Shown here piece by piece: positions 13,677-26,689 of a DNA stretch of 64,000 bases. Made by a program: the position numbers and the translations under genes. A model generated the notes under the pieces. The model searched no databases. It had not been told where the DNA came from and saw only the letters and a list, made by a program, of their open reading frames with translations. Source of the stretch: Octopus sinensis (lineage: Eukaryota); contig NC_043004.1 of assembly GCF_006345805.1 (NCBI RefSeq), forward strand, positions 88,164,001-88,228,000, read 5' to 3'. Positions within the stretch are counted from its first letter, which is position 1. Every line of letters begins with the position of its first letter.

Positions 13677-13764
13677 TATAGACAAAAATGTAAATTTCGA
13701 ACGCAGTATAGTTTTGAAAAGCGCAGAAAAATAATGGGTATTTACCCGTATATGACATAAATGT

Positions 13765-13846
13765 TGCCAGCAGGCGGCTACGGGAATCGAACCCTGTATC
13801 CCTCAAGTACCGGCTGAGTGCTCTACCATTAAGCTAAACGCCTCCT
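13765..13846 (-). other. Degenerate tRNA-like sequence (tRNA pseudogene or SINE head)
   Basis: Minus strand tagcttaatggtagagc (D arm), ctcag-ccggtac-ttgag (anticodon arm), gggttcgattccc (T arm); acceptor and T stems have mismatches. Confidence 0.6.
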
Positions 13847-13853
13847 GGAATAT

Positions 13854-14057
13854 ATATCAATTTAATACACAACCGAAAGAGCTACAAATAATTCCAAGCT
13901 TTTATGACACTTTAACTGTGCATATTTATAAAATACGCTATGTATCTCCAAATGATCCCTTGGAGATACATGGTGTATTTTATAAATATGCCTAGATCAA
14001 GTATCATAAAAGCATGAAATTATTAGTAGCTCATTCGGCTGTGTATTAAACTGATAT
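13854..14057. repeat. Fold-back inverted repeat: 98-bp arms and an 8-nt loop
   Basis: 13854-13951 is the reverse complement of 13960-14057 without gaps (about 85% identity by eye); loop atgatccc. Confidence 0.9.
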
Positions 14058-14104
14058 TTATCTCAATGGATGGAGTCCTTTTTTATTGATTCTACCCATA
14101 TTGG

Positions 14105-14161
<57 letters not shown>

Positions 14162-14185
14162 AATATATTTTATTAATATACAACT

Positions 14186-14275
14186 GAAGTGACAGAGTGA
14201 CTCAATGTCCGAGAGTTTCGTGCACTTATCAACGCACGCACGGAACTCTCGGACCTTGAGTCACTCAGTTACTTC
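14186..14275. repeat. Hairpin: 38-bp arms and a 14-nt loop
   Basis: gaagtgacagagtgactcaatgtccgagagtttcgtgc versus reverse complement gaagtaactgagtgactcaaggtccgagagttccgtgc (34/38). Confidence 0.9.
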
Positions 14276-14280
14276 TGATT

Positions 14281-14311
<31 letters not shown>

Positions 14312-14415
14312 AATATACATGTTTTTAGTCACCTTGTTACTTCTGCTATATATATTATATATATACATATATTCATACTTTTGAGTTCTATTTTTCTTCT
14401 TTGCATTAGCATACG

Positions 14416-14447
<32 letters not shown>

Positions 14448-15321
14448 TGTATGTATGTATGTATGTATGTATGTATGTATGTATGTATGTATATATGTAT
14501 GTATGTATGTATATACGTATGTATGTATGTATGTATGTATGTATGTATGTATGTATGTCATTGTTCAGTTTCATTTCAAGATTTCTTGTTAATAGCGAAA
14601 GAGCCGGTTTCTAACCTAGATTGAAGTCTCTCTCATTGGAATTTTAACATCAACAACAAGGTACTTTTGTTTGTATGCATGTATGCATGTATATATGTAT
14701 ATGTACAGCTTTGTATGTTTTGCTTTATGTATGTATTTCATGCATATAGTTGCATATCTGGAAATGCTCACATATATTTAAATGATAAACTTTTGGAAAG
14801 TTTTACAGAATTTTAGTGTTCCAATGATGGGTTGGATCTGTACTCTTCTTCGAATTAGCCTTCTACTTTCTGGTTTTGAGAAGCCTAATTTCTCAAGATT
14901 TGTACTTGGGCATTGTTTTACGTATCCCAAGGCTCCAATAATTATAAATATAAGCCTGAGCTTGTATGTTTGTACGTATGTATGTATGTATGTATGTATG
15001 TATGTATGTATGTATGTATGTATGTATGGATGCATGTATGCATGCGCGTATGTATGTATGCATGCATGTATGTATGTATGTATGTATATGCGTGTAAACA
15101 CACACATGCTTGTGTGCCGTTATGTCCGTGCTTGTCGCCTTCACCATTCCCACAGCTTTGGTAAATCAGATGTTCAGCAAAGCGACAAATAGAATAAATA
15201 AAATAAAAAAATGAAGCAAAATATAAGGATTCAACTCTTCAAGACAGTCCTCCAGCATCACCGCACGCAATCCAATGACAGATGAACTGAAAGATAAAAT
15301 ATGAATTATTCTTCCATTACT

Positions 15322-15453
15322 CTACCCACCACATGGTTCCGGGTTCAGTCCTATTGCATGGCACCCTGGGCAAGTGTCTTCTCCTAATATCCTCGGGGCG
15401 ACCAAAGCCCTGTGAGTGGATTTGGTAGACAGAAACTGAGAAAAGCCCGTCGC

Positions 15454-15499
<46 letters not shown>

Positions 15500-15686
15500 A
15501 TAAATATATATATTTATGTATGTGTGTTGTGTGTCTGTCTTGTCCCTCCAACATCGCTTGACAACCGATGCTGGTGTGTTTACATCCCCGTAACTTAGCT
15601 GTTCGGCAAAAGAGACCGATAGAATAAGTACTAGGCTTACAAAGAATAAGTCCTGGGGTCGATTTGGTCGGCTAAAGGCGGTGCTC
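15322..15686 (+). mobile_element. Family-A SINE with an internal (TA)n
   Basis: ccacatggttccgggttcagtcc...ctgggcaagtgtcttc...cttgacaaccgatgctggtgtgtttac...taaaggcggtgctc. Confidence 0.88.
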
Positions 15687-17099
15687 AATGATAGACGCTC
15701 GGCCACTAGGGGCAACAGCGATTTATATCCCCCAAAGAAAAAACTGACTCTTTAATTTCTCTTTAAATATTATTTTCTTTCAGATCCACTTGTATATTTG
15801 TTGTCAGCATGAGTCTTCCAGACAGAGAGTGGGTTTTAGATATCTCGAAGATGCTTACATTTTCTTAAATGCGAAGAACACAATTCTTCTCCAGCCTGCA
15901 CTTATGGACCCTAAAAACTATGTTGTGCCTACACTTGCATATATGATTGTTTTCGTACAACATTATCTGATGTAGTAAGTAATTTTATAATGATTATATT
16001 GGAAAATATAAAGTGATATATTTTATTATGACAACGTTGTTTGATGTACGTTACGATAGAATAAGATAGAAAACATTTTGAATATGGAATAGTTTGGCTC
16101 TAAGTATATCGCATTATATTAGATAACGGAAAGTATTAGGATTTGGCAGAGCATAGTTTGTGAGATAGAAATAGTATGGTGAGATATGATATGATAACAG
16201 GATTGTATGTAGTATTAAGCTAGGATATGATGTTCGAAGATTTAGTAGGAAGATATTGTGTAGCGAATATGTATGTATACACGTACATATGTGTTTGTGT
16301 GTGTGTATACACACGCAAGCAGATACATATGTAGATGCAAAAATGCACCTACATACATGTATGCAAAAAAGCATACATGTATATTTGAAATGCGCATACA
16401 TACACATATATACATGTATGTATGTATGTATGTATGTATGTATGTATGTATGTATGTATGTATGTATGTATGTATGTATGTTTGTGTGTGTATGTACGTA
16501 TACAGGGGGAGGGTTGTCATAATCGGATTGACTGCTTCGTGGTATTTGTTCTCTGCGCGTTTAGTTCAAATCCAGCCGAGGTCGACTTAGTCTTTTATAT
16601 TTACGGGTCGATAGTCTTTCATATTTACGGGTCGATAGTCTTCCATCAAAGCGCCAATTTAAGTTTTGGATTGGCAGAACTGTACAAATATCGGACCGGA
16701 TGCCTTACAATATTTTTTCCATATTTTTTGCGCTTTAGGTTCAAATCCTGTTATGGTTTACTTGCGTGGTGGACTTAATTCGACACCCTGTCTAATACCA
16801 CCACCGGGCATCTTGAGTGCTTTCAGCAGAGACGATTCTGTTGTAAGCATCCAGGCCAGGTTTTCAGTTTGAGGATACTTTCCTTCCTTCCTTCCTTCCT
16901 TCCCCACGTAACCGGTGTTGAGCCATCCTGATCTTTCTTCGTTCGGCCGCCATCCGAGCAACATCTATATTCCTTCCTGTGCCTGTGAAATCTTATATCC
17001 GTGCCGTAAGACTTTACTTTCACACACGCCAGCTTAATTTAATTCGTCCTTAGTCGAAAGACATCTGTTGTTATGTCCTGTTATTTGTATTTATGTAAC

Positions 17100-17300
17100 A
17101 TTCTCCGTTTCTTTCCGTCCTTTTTTCTTATACATTCGCTGCTTTCTTCCAAGGAATCTAATGCTCTTAGTTTAGTTTTTCCTTGGGGCTGGCCAGATTG
17201 GAGCAATCTCAAGTATAACCAGCCGAAATTGCAAAGATAATCTGGAACTCGACTGAGGAAAGAAAAACTCCGAATGACCCGTCCTTGTTTTCTTTGCACC
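17100..17300. repeat. Dispersed repeat, second copy at ~56360-56530
   Basis: ttccaaggaatctaatgctc...tttttccttggggctggcc...cagccgaaatt...cgaatgacccgtc occurs at both loci. Confidence 0.75.
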
Positions 17301-17988
17301 ATCTATCTGGATATTTTGTTGTCCCTCTTTTTTATCACCTAACTGTCTGGATGTTTTGCGTTCCTGTCCCATTTTGTATTTTTTATGTATAAAACATGCA
17401 GCTGCGTACTTACACTTTGGTCTCATATATATATATATATATATATAGTACATTAACCAGATGAACCAAAAGTGCGTTCGCTTCGGTGGACTGCATCTTC
17501 TTCATTTTATATACAAACCAACGTAACGAATTACGCATCACCTAGTTCTGCAGCATCTGTAGCAATACACCATTTTCGGCGCATCCTGATAAAAAGGATG
17601 CCCACAGAAACAAACATCTGTCACAAAAGACAAGAAAGTGTGCAAATTTGTCTTTATACAGTCTTTTTTTTTCCTACTCGTGTTTCTGCACGTTAGACCT
17701 TTAACTTATCCCCGTATACTTTATAATTAATCATAAGTATTCATTGAGCACTTTGAGTTAGTTCTAATTCACTTACTCGAACTGAGATATATTCTGTTGA
17801 AATTTTGTGAGTAAAAAAAAAACAAGCAAACACACGCAGGCACGCACAAACACAGCTGTTTGTGCATGCGTTTCCGTGGGTGGGTGCCCTAGCATGGCCG
17901 TAGTCTAATGATTGAAACAGGTAAAAGATAAAAAATATGTGCAAATTGTCGGAGCGTACTTTTCGACGGAAGTCTGATGATGTGCTAC

Positions 17989-18047
<59 letters not shown>

Positions 18048-18305
18048 CAGAGAGAGAGAAAAAGTGAGAGAGAGAAAGTGAGAGAGAGAAATTGAGAGAG
18101 AAAGAAAGAGATAAAAAGAGAGAGAGAGAGCCATCTATGCATCTTAATGTATACACACTGGACAGTTCGGCTATTTTAATTATATACTGCCTCAAACATG
18201 AATATAAGATACAAATATATGTAAACGATCCATGATATATGTATGTATGCATGCATATGTATATATATATTGTATCTATTCCGGTTACATAAACATAAAT
18301 ATATA

Positions 18306-18343
<38 letters not shown>

Positions 18344-18419
18344 ATATATATATATATACGCACATACATGTATGACATATGTATGTATAATTCTTTTACG
18401 TAATGAGATAGAAAACCAA

Positions 18420-19200
18420 GGGTGTGTAAATTTTAGAACATTTATAGACAGAAGGTCTTACAGCTGTTTCCAGGATATTTTTTATATCCCTTCATCGGAG
18501 ATGGTGTGAGAGGATGGTTAAATAATAGTTAATTTAGATAAGATACAAAATAGAGAGTGAGGTGGAGGAAAGAAAATAGATGTGAGATGTGTAGGTATAT
18601 TGTATTTGTAGATCGATTTTTTTAGGCAGAATGGTATACATATAAGATTCCAATACCTTATGAATAAAATCCAATAGAATTTAAAATTGGTCATTCCAAG
18701 TATAGAGTTTATACAAAGTGTTATTGAATCAAGGGTTTTATTGACCTAAAAGTAGGGGGTGTATTAGTAGGGTCAAATTGAAAACAGGAAGAGAAGAATA
18801 AAGAATGAGAAAAAGAAGTGAAAAGAGAAGAGAGAAGAAGGAGAAGAAAATAAGAACAAAATAATAAAATAATATAATAATAAAAAATAATAAAAAAACA
18901 GGAAGAGAGGAAAAAAGGAAAAAAAGATATAAGAAAAAAAACAACAAAGATATAGATAAGGGAAAGTGTACTAGTTAGTGGTCAGTGGAGATAATTTGAA
19001 AGTAGGAGTGGGTAGGTAAAGGGTGATAGAGAGAGAAAGGTATTAGAGTGTAACAAAACAGAAGGAATGGGGTGATAAAAGGTAAAGGAGTGACAAATGT
19101 CTAGTGATAGAGTCTAAGTGTCGGGGCAGAGAGATGGTTAGTAGTAATGAATTAAGAATTTAGGAATTTAGATGGTTTGGTAGGTAAGTGCTTAGTAATA
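18420..19200 (-). mobile_element. Decayed Penelope-like element terminus (inferred)
   Basis: Strand-biased decayed sequence ending in a hammerhead-like motif; same layout as 54590-55200. No intact ORF motif found, so the PLE assignment rests on the ribozyme motif. Confidence 0.4.
18455..18502 (-). ncRNA. Hammerhead-like motif, family H2 (U4C variant)
   Basis: atct-CCGATGA-a-gggatat-aaaaa-atatcct-g-GAAA-cagctg-TA-agac: stem II, palindromic stem III and stem I are present. Confidence 0.5.
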
Positions 19201-19293
19201 TAGAAAAATATATGTGAAGATGTATACATATGTATATAGCAACTACACACATTTTTTTCTCTCCTTGTTTCTCTCCTTGTTTTTTCTGTGTCC

Positions 19294-19329
19294 CATTCTG
19301 TAGAAGAGCGTAGGCTCGAAACGTAAAAG
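19294..19329 (+). ncRNA. Hammerhead-like motif, family H1 (degenerate core)
   Basis: catt-CTGTAGA-a-GAGC-gtag-GCTC-GAAA-CG-TA-aaag, inside the dispersed repeat at 19243-19420. Confidence 0.45.
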
Positions 19330-20213
19330 ACTTTTTCTATTCCTGAGCGTTATACTAATACATCTGTTTGTTTTGCACACCACCTGTCTACGTCTTTTGT
19401 TTATTACGTAAACTTTCCCTATATATATATATATATATATTTATACAGATGTTTATATCAATATCTACACACACAACTCTTACTCGTATGTATATTCACA
19501 CATGCGTACCCACATATACGTGCATCTGCATGTATTATCGCCCCTGTAAACGCAAGTATATATACCTTGCATACATACGTGCATTCACACATACACACAT
19601 ACATACATATATACATACATACATATATACATACATACATATATACATACATACATATATACATACAAACATACATATATATATATATACGTGCATTCAC
19701 GCGTTCACACATACACACATACACACACACATATATATACACGCACACATATATCCATATATATACGTACACACACCTTCACACGCATACATGTGCGAGC
19801 AAACATGCATACACACAGACATATATATTCCTCGCTATGAAGAATCTTATAAGAAATAGCTATTCGGATTCAAACAAAATCTACTTATATTTATGTACCC
19901 ACAGCAAGGCTCCACAACAAGGCTTACAATTTAAACTGTTGGTGTAGCTAAGAGAAATTTAAATCGGTTTATCCAATGTACGCCATATTGTGCATAAATA
20001 TTCATTAGTTAATAAACCAAGTCACCAGCGAATGTGCATTATGTAAATGAAGTTGGTTATTTCGGTTAATTTCTGGTTTGTGGTTGATAAGGGATATATT
20101 AATAATTTGTTAATAAATATAATGAATATGCTACTGTTCTGAACAACACTGTATATCGAGAAATATGTACTTTATGAATAATGCGAGTATGTATATATAT
20201 ATATATAATATAT

Positions 20214-20267
<54 letters not shown>

Positions 20268-21915
20268 CACAATTCGGCCAAAATGTTCAGAACGGCATTG
20301 TTTTCGTCAGAAAAGTAGGTTTAAGTTTTTATCAATGTTGTTTTATATTTTATAATTTTCACGTACAATAAATACAATATTAATTGTTATTGTCTAAGAT
20401 TTTGGTGTAATTTGAGAGGATAATACAAAAGTTATGGATGAAATAGTGATTTAATGCAAAACCCATGGCGGCCAAAATGATCAGAACGGTTGAAAAAATA
20501 ACAAAATAATAAAAAATGACAGAGAATACTGGAATATATACTATTAATATATTAATATAATATTTCGTGTGAAGCCCTTTAGCTTCAATCACACTCTGAC
20601 ATCTTCGACTGCACGAGGAAATTAAATTTTCAATTTCTTGCTAGGTGATCTTATTCCATTCTTCCTGAAGGGCATTCCATAATTGCTCAGTTGTTTTAGG
20701 ATTTCTGGCTTTCGAACGTTCTCCTAGAATATTCCATACATTTTCAATAGGATTGAGATCTGGGCTTTGAGCTGGCCAATCCATAACAATAACCTTTTCA
20801 GCCTTGAGGAAGTTCATGACCACCTTAGCCTTGTGACATGGGGCATTGTCCTGCATGAATATGGGTGGTCGCTTAGTTGAATTTCTCAGCACAGGCAAGA
20901 TATGATCTTTTACAAGTTGTTTATAAACTCCTGCATTTAACTTTCCATGTAATCCCACCAAAGGGCCCACACTATCTCCAGATATCATCCCCCAAACCAT
21001 GACACTTCCTCCACCGAATTTAACACTAGTCTTAAGGCATTTAGGCAACAACTTTTCACCTACTTTTCTACGAACGTACCTTTTCCCATCTGAGCCAAAT
21101 AGCATAAACTTAGATTCATCACTGAAATGCACCGTTTGCCATTTTTCTTGAGACCACAACACATGTTTGGTTGCAAAGGTAAGACGACACTTTTCATTCT
21201 TGGAGCTGATCAGTGGCTTCACTGCAGGTGCTCTTGCTTGTAAGTCATGTTCAACTAAACGACGAGACACAGTTTTTCGAGATAAAGTTTTCTTCAATAC
21301 AATGCTCCTTTTCCGAGAAACAGCAGCAGCAGTTTTAAATCTGTCCTTTTTAACCAACTTAACCATAGCACGATCTTCTCTCTTGGTCGTTTTTCTTGGC
21401 CTAACTGTAGACTTTCTTGCTCCACACGAACCACAATCATCGTAGACCTTAAGAATACCGTGTACAACACTTTTTGACTTGTTAACAATCTTTGCAATAG
21501 ACTCAATACTTAAATTATCCTTCCTTCGAAGCTTAATAATCTGCTGACGAATTGGTAACGGAGTAAGTGGCATTATATTAACAAAGTACACTGCAAATAT
21601 TCTTACTAATGTTTAGTTAATGAACCGTAAGGTAAACAAATTCAAAACATTAGAGTTCGCCGGTTAAATATACTAAAACACGGAGTAAAAGCAACCGTTC
21701 TGATAATTTTGGCCGCCATGGGTTTTGCAGTAAATCACTAAATCATCCATAACTTTTGTATCATCGTCTCAAATTACACCAAAATCTCAGGCAATAACAA
21801 ATAATATCGTATGTATTGTCTGTGAAAATTATAGAATATAAAACAACTTTGATAAAAAATAATATCTACTTTTCTGACGAAAACAAAGCCGTTCTGAACA
21901 TTTTGGCCGCAACTG
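20268..21915 (-). mobile_element. Tc1-family DNA transposon, IR/DR type, full length
   Basis: TIRs of ~225 bp (20268-20492 and 21692-21915), each with outer and inner direct repeats cggccaaaatg.tcagaacgg. TA dinucleotides at 20266-20267 and 21916-21917, within (TA)n. Encloses a transposase ORF. Confidence 0.95.
20560..21591 (-). pseudogene. Tc1-like DD34E transposase with one premature stop
   Basis: HTH-type N-terminus, (G/V)RPRK, FSDESKF, GGGSVMVWG, QDNAPCH and WPAQSPDLNPIENVW, with 34 residues between D2 and E. After the TAG at 20641-20643 the frame continues QEIENLISSCSRRCQSVIEAKGLHTKY, the canonical Tc1 C-terminus. Confidence 0.95.
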
Positions 21916-22015
21916 TATATGTGTGTGTATATATATATATATGTATGTATGTATATGTATATGTATTTGTATATGTGTATATATATATATATAATATATA
22001 TATATATATAAATGA

Positions 22016-22052
<37 letters not shown>

Positions 22053-22055
22053 TCG

Positions 22056-22420
22056 ATTGTGGTAAGAAGTTTGCTTCCCAAGAACTTGCTTCTGGGTTTG
22101 GCCCCACTACGTGGAATCTTGGGCCGAGCGATGACTTGTGAGTGGATTTGATCGTGTATATATATATATAGGAATATCTATGTGGTGTGTGTCTTTGTGT
22201 CTGTGTTTGACTCCCACTACACCCCGCTGGACAACCGGTGTTGGTGAGATTAAATCTCCATAATCTAGCTGTACGGTAAAATATACCGATATAATAAGTA
22301 CCAGGCTTTAATAAAAAGTTCTAGAGTCGATTCAGGTGACCCTATTCATGTTCTTCAAGGCTCTGCCCCAGCGTGGTCGAAGTCTAATCATTGAAACAAG
22401 TAAAAGATAAAAAGATAAAA
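22056..22420 (+). mobile_element. Family-A SINE
   Basis: gtggtaagaagttgcttccc head through ccagcgtggtcgaagtctaatcattgaaacaagtaaaagataaaa tail. Confidence 0.8.
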
Positions 22421-22860
22421 GCTGTATGTAATGAATGTGTCTGTATGTGTATGTGTGTGTGTGTGTACTCCTGTTTGTTTAAATGTGAACTTGCACTGAA
22501 AGCATTTTAACATTAGAGTGAAAGGCTCAACTGAATACTTTCTAAGCAGAATTTTTACTGGGAAAATATTTAGTGGTTTCGAAGATGTAACTACCAGTGG
22601 ATAATAAGCTGAAATTTTGAAGTGACTATCAATTATTCCCTCGTTTTCCTTTTAAAATTGTATGTATTTGTCTCTCTATCTCTCTCCTTCCCTCTTTGTC
22701 TCTCTCTCTCTCTCTCTCTGTCTTTCTCTTTCTCTGTACATAGACACACACACACACACACACACGCACACATATATACAGGGTAATTCAACACTGTAAT
22801 TGTTGTAATGTCTGTTGTATCATTTAGTTAGAATTACCCTTGTGTGTATATGCATGTGTG

Positions 22861-22891
<31 letters not shown>

Positions 22892-23700
22892 ATGTATATG
22901 TATTTGTATATGTGTATATATATATATATATAATATATATATATATAAATATATGTATATATGTATGTATGTATGCGAATATCTGTGCATAAGATCATTA
23001 ACCATTACTCTAAAACAAATTAATGCTTAAACCCTGAATATAAAGAGGTACCAACTGACCGTTATTAACTTTATTACTTTAGCTATAAAGAAGCACCAAT
23101 AAACAACAATGATACAATACCTCAAAAACAATTAAGAATGTACATAACTACAGCTATAAACATGAATATAACATAATATAACATTTATGTATTTATAAAT
23201 TAAAATCATATCAAGTCTGGCTGTGAATAAATTTTCTCCAAGACCTACAGCGAAAATCTAGTTTCACTTTCGTAAATTGGAATTTTCAGAATATAAGTTA
23301 TTAACTGTTTTGCATAATGGACTTCATTGGTGGTTACCGTCCTTTCTATACAGTCAAATATATGCTGATTTATAAGATTTCTATGGGAATTCAATATAGT
23401 GTTTTTCCAGTTCGATGATGCAGCATGTGACGTTAGCTTCATTCGAATCTATTCTAATACGAATAGGGTTGAATAAATTCGATCATTAAGCTGCCAATCA
23501 TGTGTTGTATCGATATATATTGGCATTTGATGACGGCAATAAATAGTATTCCTTTACCACTAGATTAAACATGTTTTCGTAGAATTTTCAAATAAATGAT
23601 CACACATGCATACGGAGACAAACATACAGATAGACAGAAAGGAGTACAAGCACTCAGCGACGACAACGAGCATGATCATATAAGCTTACTCATACCTACC

Positions 23701-23751
<51 letters not shown>

Positions 23752-23870
23752 ATATATAAAAGTTTATTACTCCCACATATATATATATATATATAAACAT
23801 GCATACATAACACATATATATAAGTTTATTACTCCCACATACACACACACATATATACATGCATACATAC

Positions 23871-23913
<43 letters not shown>

Positions 23914-24356
23914 TTATTACTTCCACATCCACGTACACAAACACACCTACACTCACATATATGATGTATCTATAAATCAGGTTGAACAGAATCGAAGGAG
24001 GCGGCGGGTGGTCAGTGTCAGTAAGACTTTTACAATTTGAGAGTGAGAGAGAGAAACAGAGAGAGAGAAGAGAGGAGAGAGTGCATATGGTGAAATTACC
24101 GTAGGGAGTGTAATATTCAACGTTTTGGAAATTTCCTTCTGTAGAGTAATGTTATAAAGCTAAGAGGAGTGAAATAAAAAAAAAAAGCCATTACAGTTTT
24201 ACATCCCTGTGTTCGAAAAACTGGCTGCGTCTAATGAGGAACGTAAAGCAATGGCAGCTTGCATACGTACCTTGGAAGTAGTTTTAAAAAGAGAATCTGA
24301 ATGAGAAGAAAAAGAGAAGGAGGAGGAGGAGGAGGAGGGGAGAAGAAGAAGAAGAA

Positions 24357-24426
<70 letters not shown>

Positions 24427-25041
24427 AGAGGGGGGAAGATAGATATTAGGTTGAGGAAAAAGTCTGTGTGCCGTGTTAAAATAATGAACTGAATGATTAC
24501 GCACAGACCACAAAAATATATTTAAAAAAGCATTATTTTAATGCAGCGCACGAAGTTTTTCTTCAACCTAATAGAAAGAAATAATAGAGAGATGAGGAGA
24601 AGCGAACCAGGATAAAGTGGCGGGAAAATTGAGAGGAGACAGGAGCTAAAAGAAAACTATAGGAATAGGATGAAAAACCTTATACGAAATCCTTCGGTGA
24701 GATGGTACCAGCTGCTTCTTCTGTTTTGTTGAGTATGCAGATCCATGGTGTGCGGAAGTGCTGCACAATTATAAATAATTGTTGTGTTGAAGTGGATGAT
24801 AGGTTGCCCTGATGTTTTTGTAATATCCTTCCAACTTATTTCCAAAAGCGATCGGCAGAGCGCCGGCCAGTTTGTTTAATATAAAGTGCGCCGTCAAGAT
24901 TACAGACGGTGCAGGACTTAAATCTGGATAACGTGCAACAGAAATTTTGGGCAATGAAGCATCATGACGTAGGTCTAGTGGTGATTGTAGTGTTGTTAAA
25001 TAAGGGCAGGGATTGCATCATCAGAAAGTGTACTCAAATAT

Positions 25042-25278
25042 GTATTTCTTTATTGACAACATGGGGCTAAAATAGAGGGGACGAACAAGGACAGACAAAC
25101 AGATTAAGTCGATTACATCGACCCCAGTGCGTATCTAGTACTTTATTTATCAACCCCGAAAGGATGAAAGGCAAAGTCGACCTCGGCGGAATTTGAACTC
25201 AGAACGTAGCGGCAGACGAAATACCACTAAGCATTTCGCCCGGCGTGCTAACGTTTCTGCCAACCCACCGCCTTATAT
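25042..25278 (-). mobile_element. Full-length long-tail family-B SINE with a 15-bp TSD
   Basis: Flanked by identical agtgtactcaaatat at 25027-25041 and 25279-25293; 3' end ...gtcaataaagaaata. Confidence 0.92.
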
Positions 25279-26689
25279 AGTGTACTCAAATATAGTTGTG
25301 TGTAGCTGGCCGCTAAGGAGTTTCTAACAAGAAGGTTGCAGAGCTCCTATATTTTTGACTGCAAGGTGAGGTGGTGCAGAAAGCTCGGAATGGTTTTGGG
25401 GTCAGAAAATAGGATTCAGGAGTTGTTGATTAGTTCGTGTTCTGTAGTGGATGGATGGCGAGATGGAAGGAGAGAGAGTGTGGAATCCAGTCTTTACGTG
25501 TGCGTAAAGATGATACGAGATTGGTTGTGCGGTCGATAAGAGAATGGTTGGACCAGAGGAGAGTAGGGCCCCACAACCGATCGAAAATATTCTTGATTCC
25601 AGAAGAAATGCCGCATTTTCTCACATTGGGATTCGAAATCCGAACTAAAGAGTCGCCGAGAGCAATGGAATTGAGACAACCGCATAGCAAATTTACTGCG
25701 TTTGGTGTGACAAGAAGAGCAGTAGAGACAGAAATATTACTGCCAGCCTGTCTGTCTGCATGTCTGTCTGACTGACTATCTATCGATCGTTCTACTTCTC
25801 TTCTTCCTTGAATGTATGTATGTATATATGTACGTGTACACACACTCGCACACACACACACGCACGCACACAAACACGCGCACACACATGTATACACTCA
25901 CGCATATAATTCTTTCTTTCGTTCTATTTCTTTTGCTGAAATTCCATTTGTAAATGATATGTGATAACGAAAACAGGATTTAAAAATCTGATGCCATTTT
26001 TTTAAAGAGAAACAGAAAGACGAGAAAGGAAAGAGTAAAGTGGAGGCGTAGGTGGGGATGGGGGCTTGGTCATAATCTTCCTCCACACACTCTCTCTCTG
26101 TCTCGCTTTCGTTCTCTTTTTCGCCATCTTTCTCACTTTAGGCTTGTTTGCTTTTACATTAACAGCGATGTCTAGATGCTGTCATAACGTGGAAAGGTCA
26201 AATATTATACAATAACTAGAAAACAACAACGAAAAAAAAAAAAACAACCTTCCAACAACAGCAACAAAAAATACATCAAACGCAGTCGTAACACAGGTAA
26301 GAGTGATAACAGAAGCACCGACAGAAAGTGACTGGGGAAAAGTTGGAAGCACTAGCAGATCACTGACAGAACTAACAGGAAAACTGATAGAGCACTGACA
26401 GAACGAACAGCAAGAGCAGAGAGTATTAAGATCAACGACTATCAACGATAACAATAACAGAATTTAAAGGAAAAATATGATAACAAAAAAATGATAGCAA
26501 AATGCAAATAATAAACGCAGTATAAATAACGTCCATGTAGAACAAGTCAATAGATAACAAGGAGATGAAAAAGTGAAAAAAAAAAAAAAATGGCGATAGA
26601 GGGAAGGAATGTGAGAGAGATCATAGGAGAGTAATATCATTAAGAATTGTAATAATAATAACAGCACTGGGATTGACAATAACAACGGC

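Noticed and set aside
13765-13846. Functional tRNA-Thr(GGT) gene
   Set aside because: C at position 33 and mismatched acceptor and T stems; kept only as tRNA-like.
17250-17290. CTGAGGA...GAATGACCCGTC (and CTGAAGA...GAATGACCCGTC at ~56490)
   Set aside because: The second box is GAAT, stem III is not palindromic and no valid NUH/stem I was found.
21167-21445. 92-aa plus-strand ORF
   Set aside because: Antisense shadow of the Tc1 transposase; the ORFs antisense to the LINE at 31679-33187 were rejected for the same reason.
25430-25897. Overlapping 112- and 155-aa ORFs
   Set aside because: They partly run into microsatellites, show no domain, and neither strand has clear coding support.
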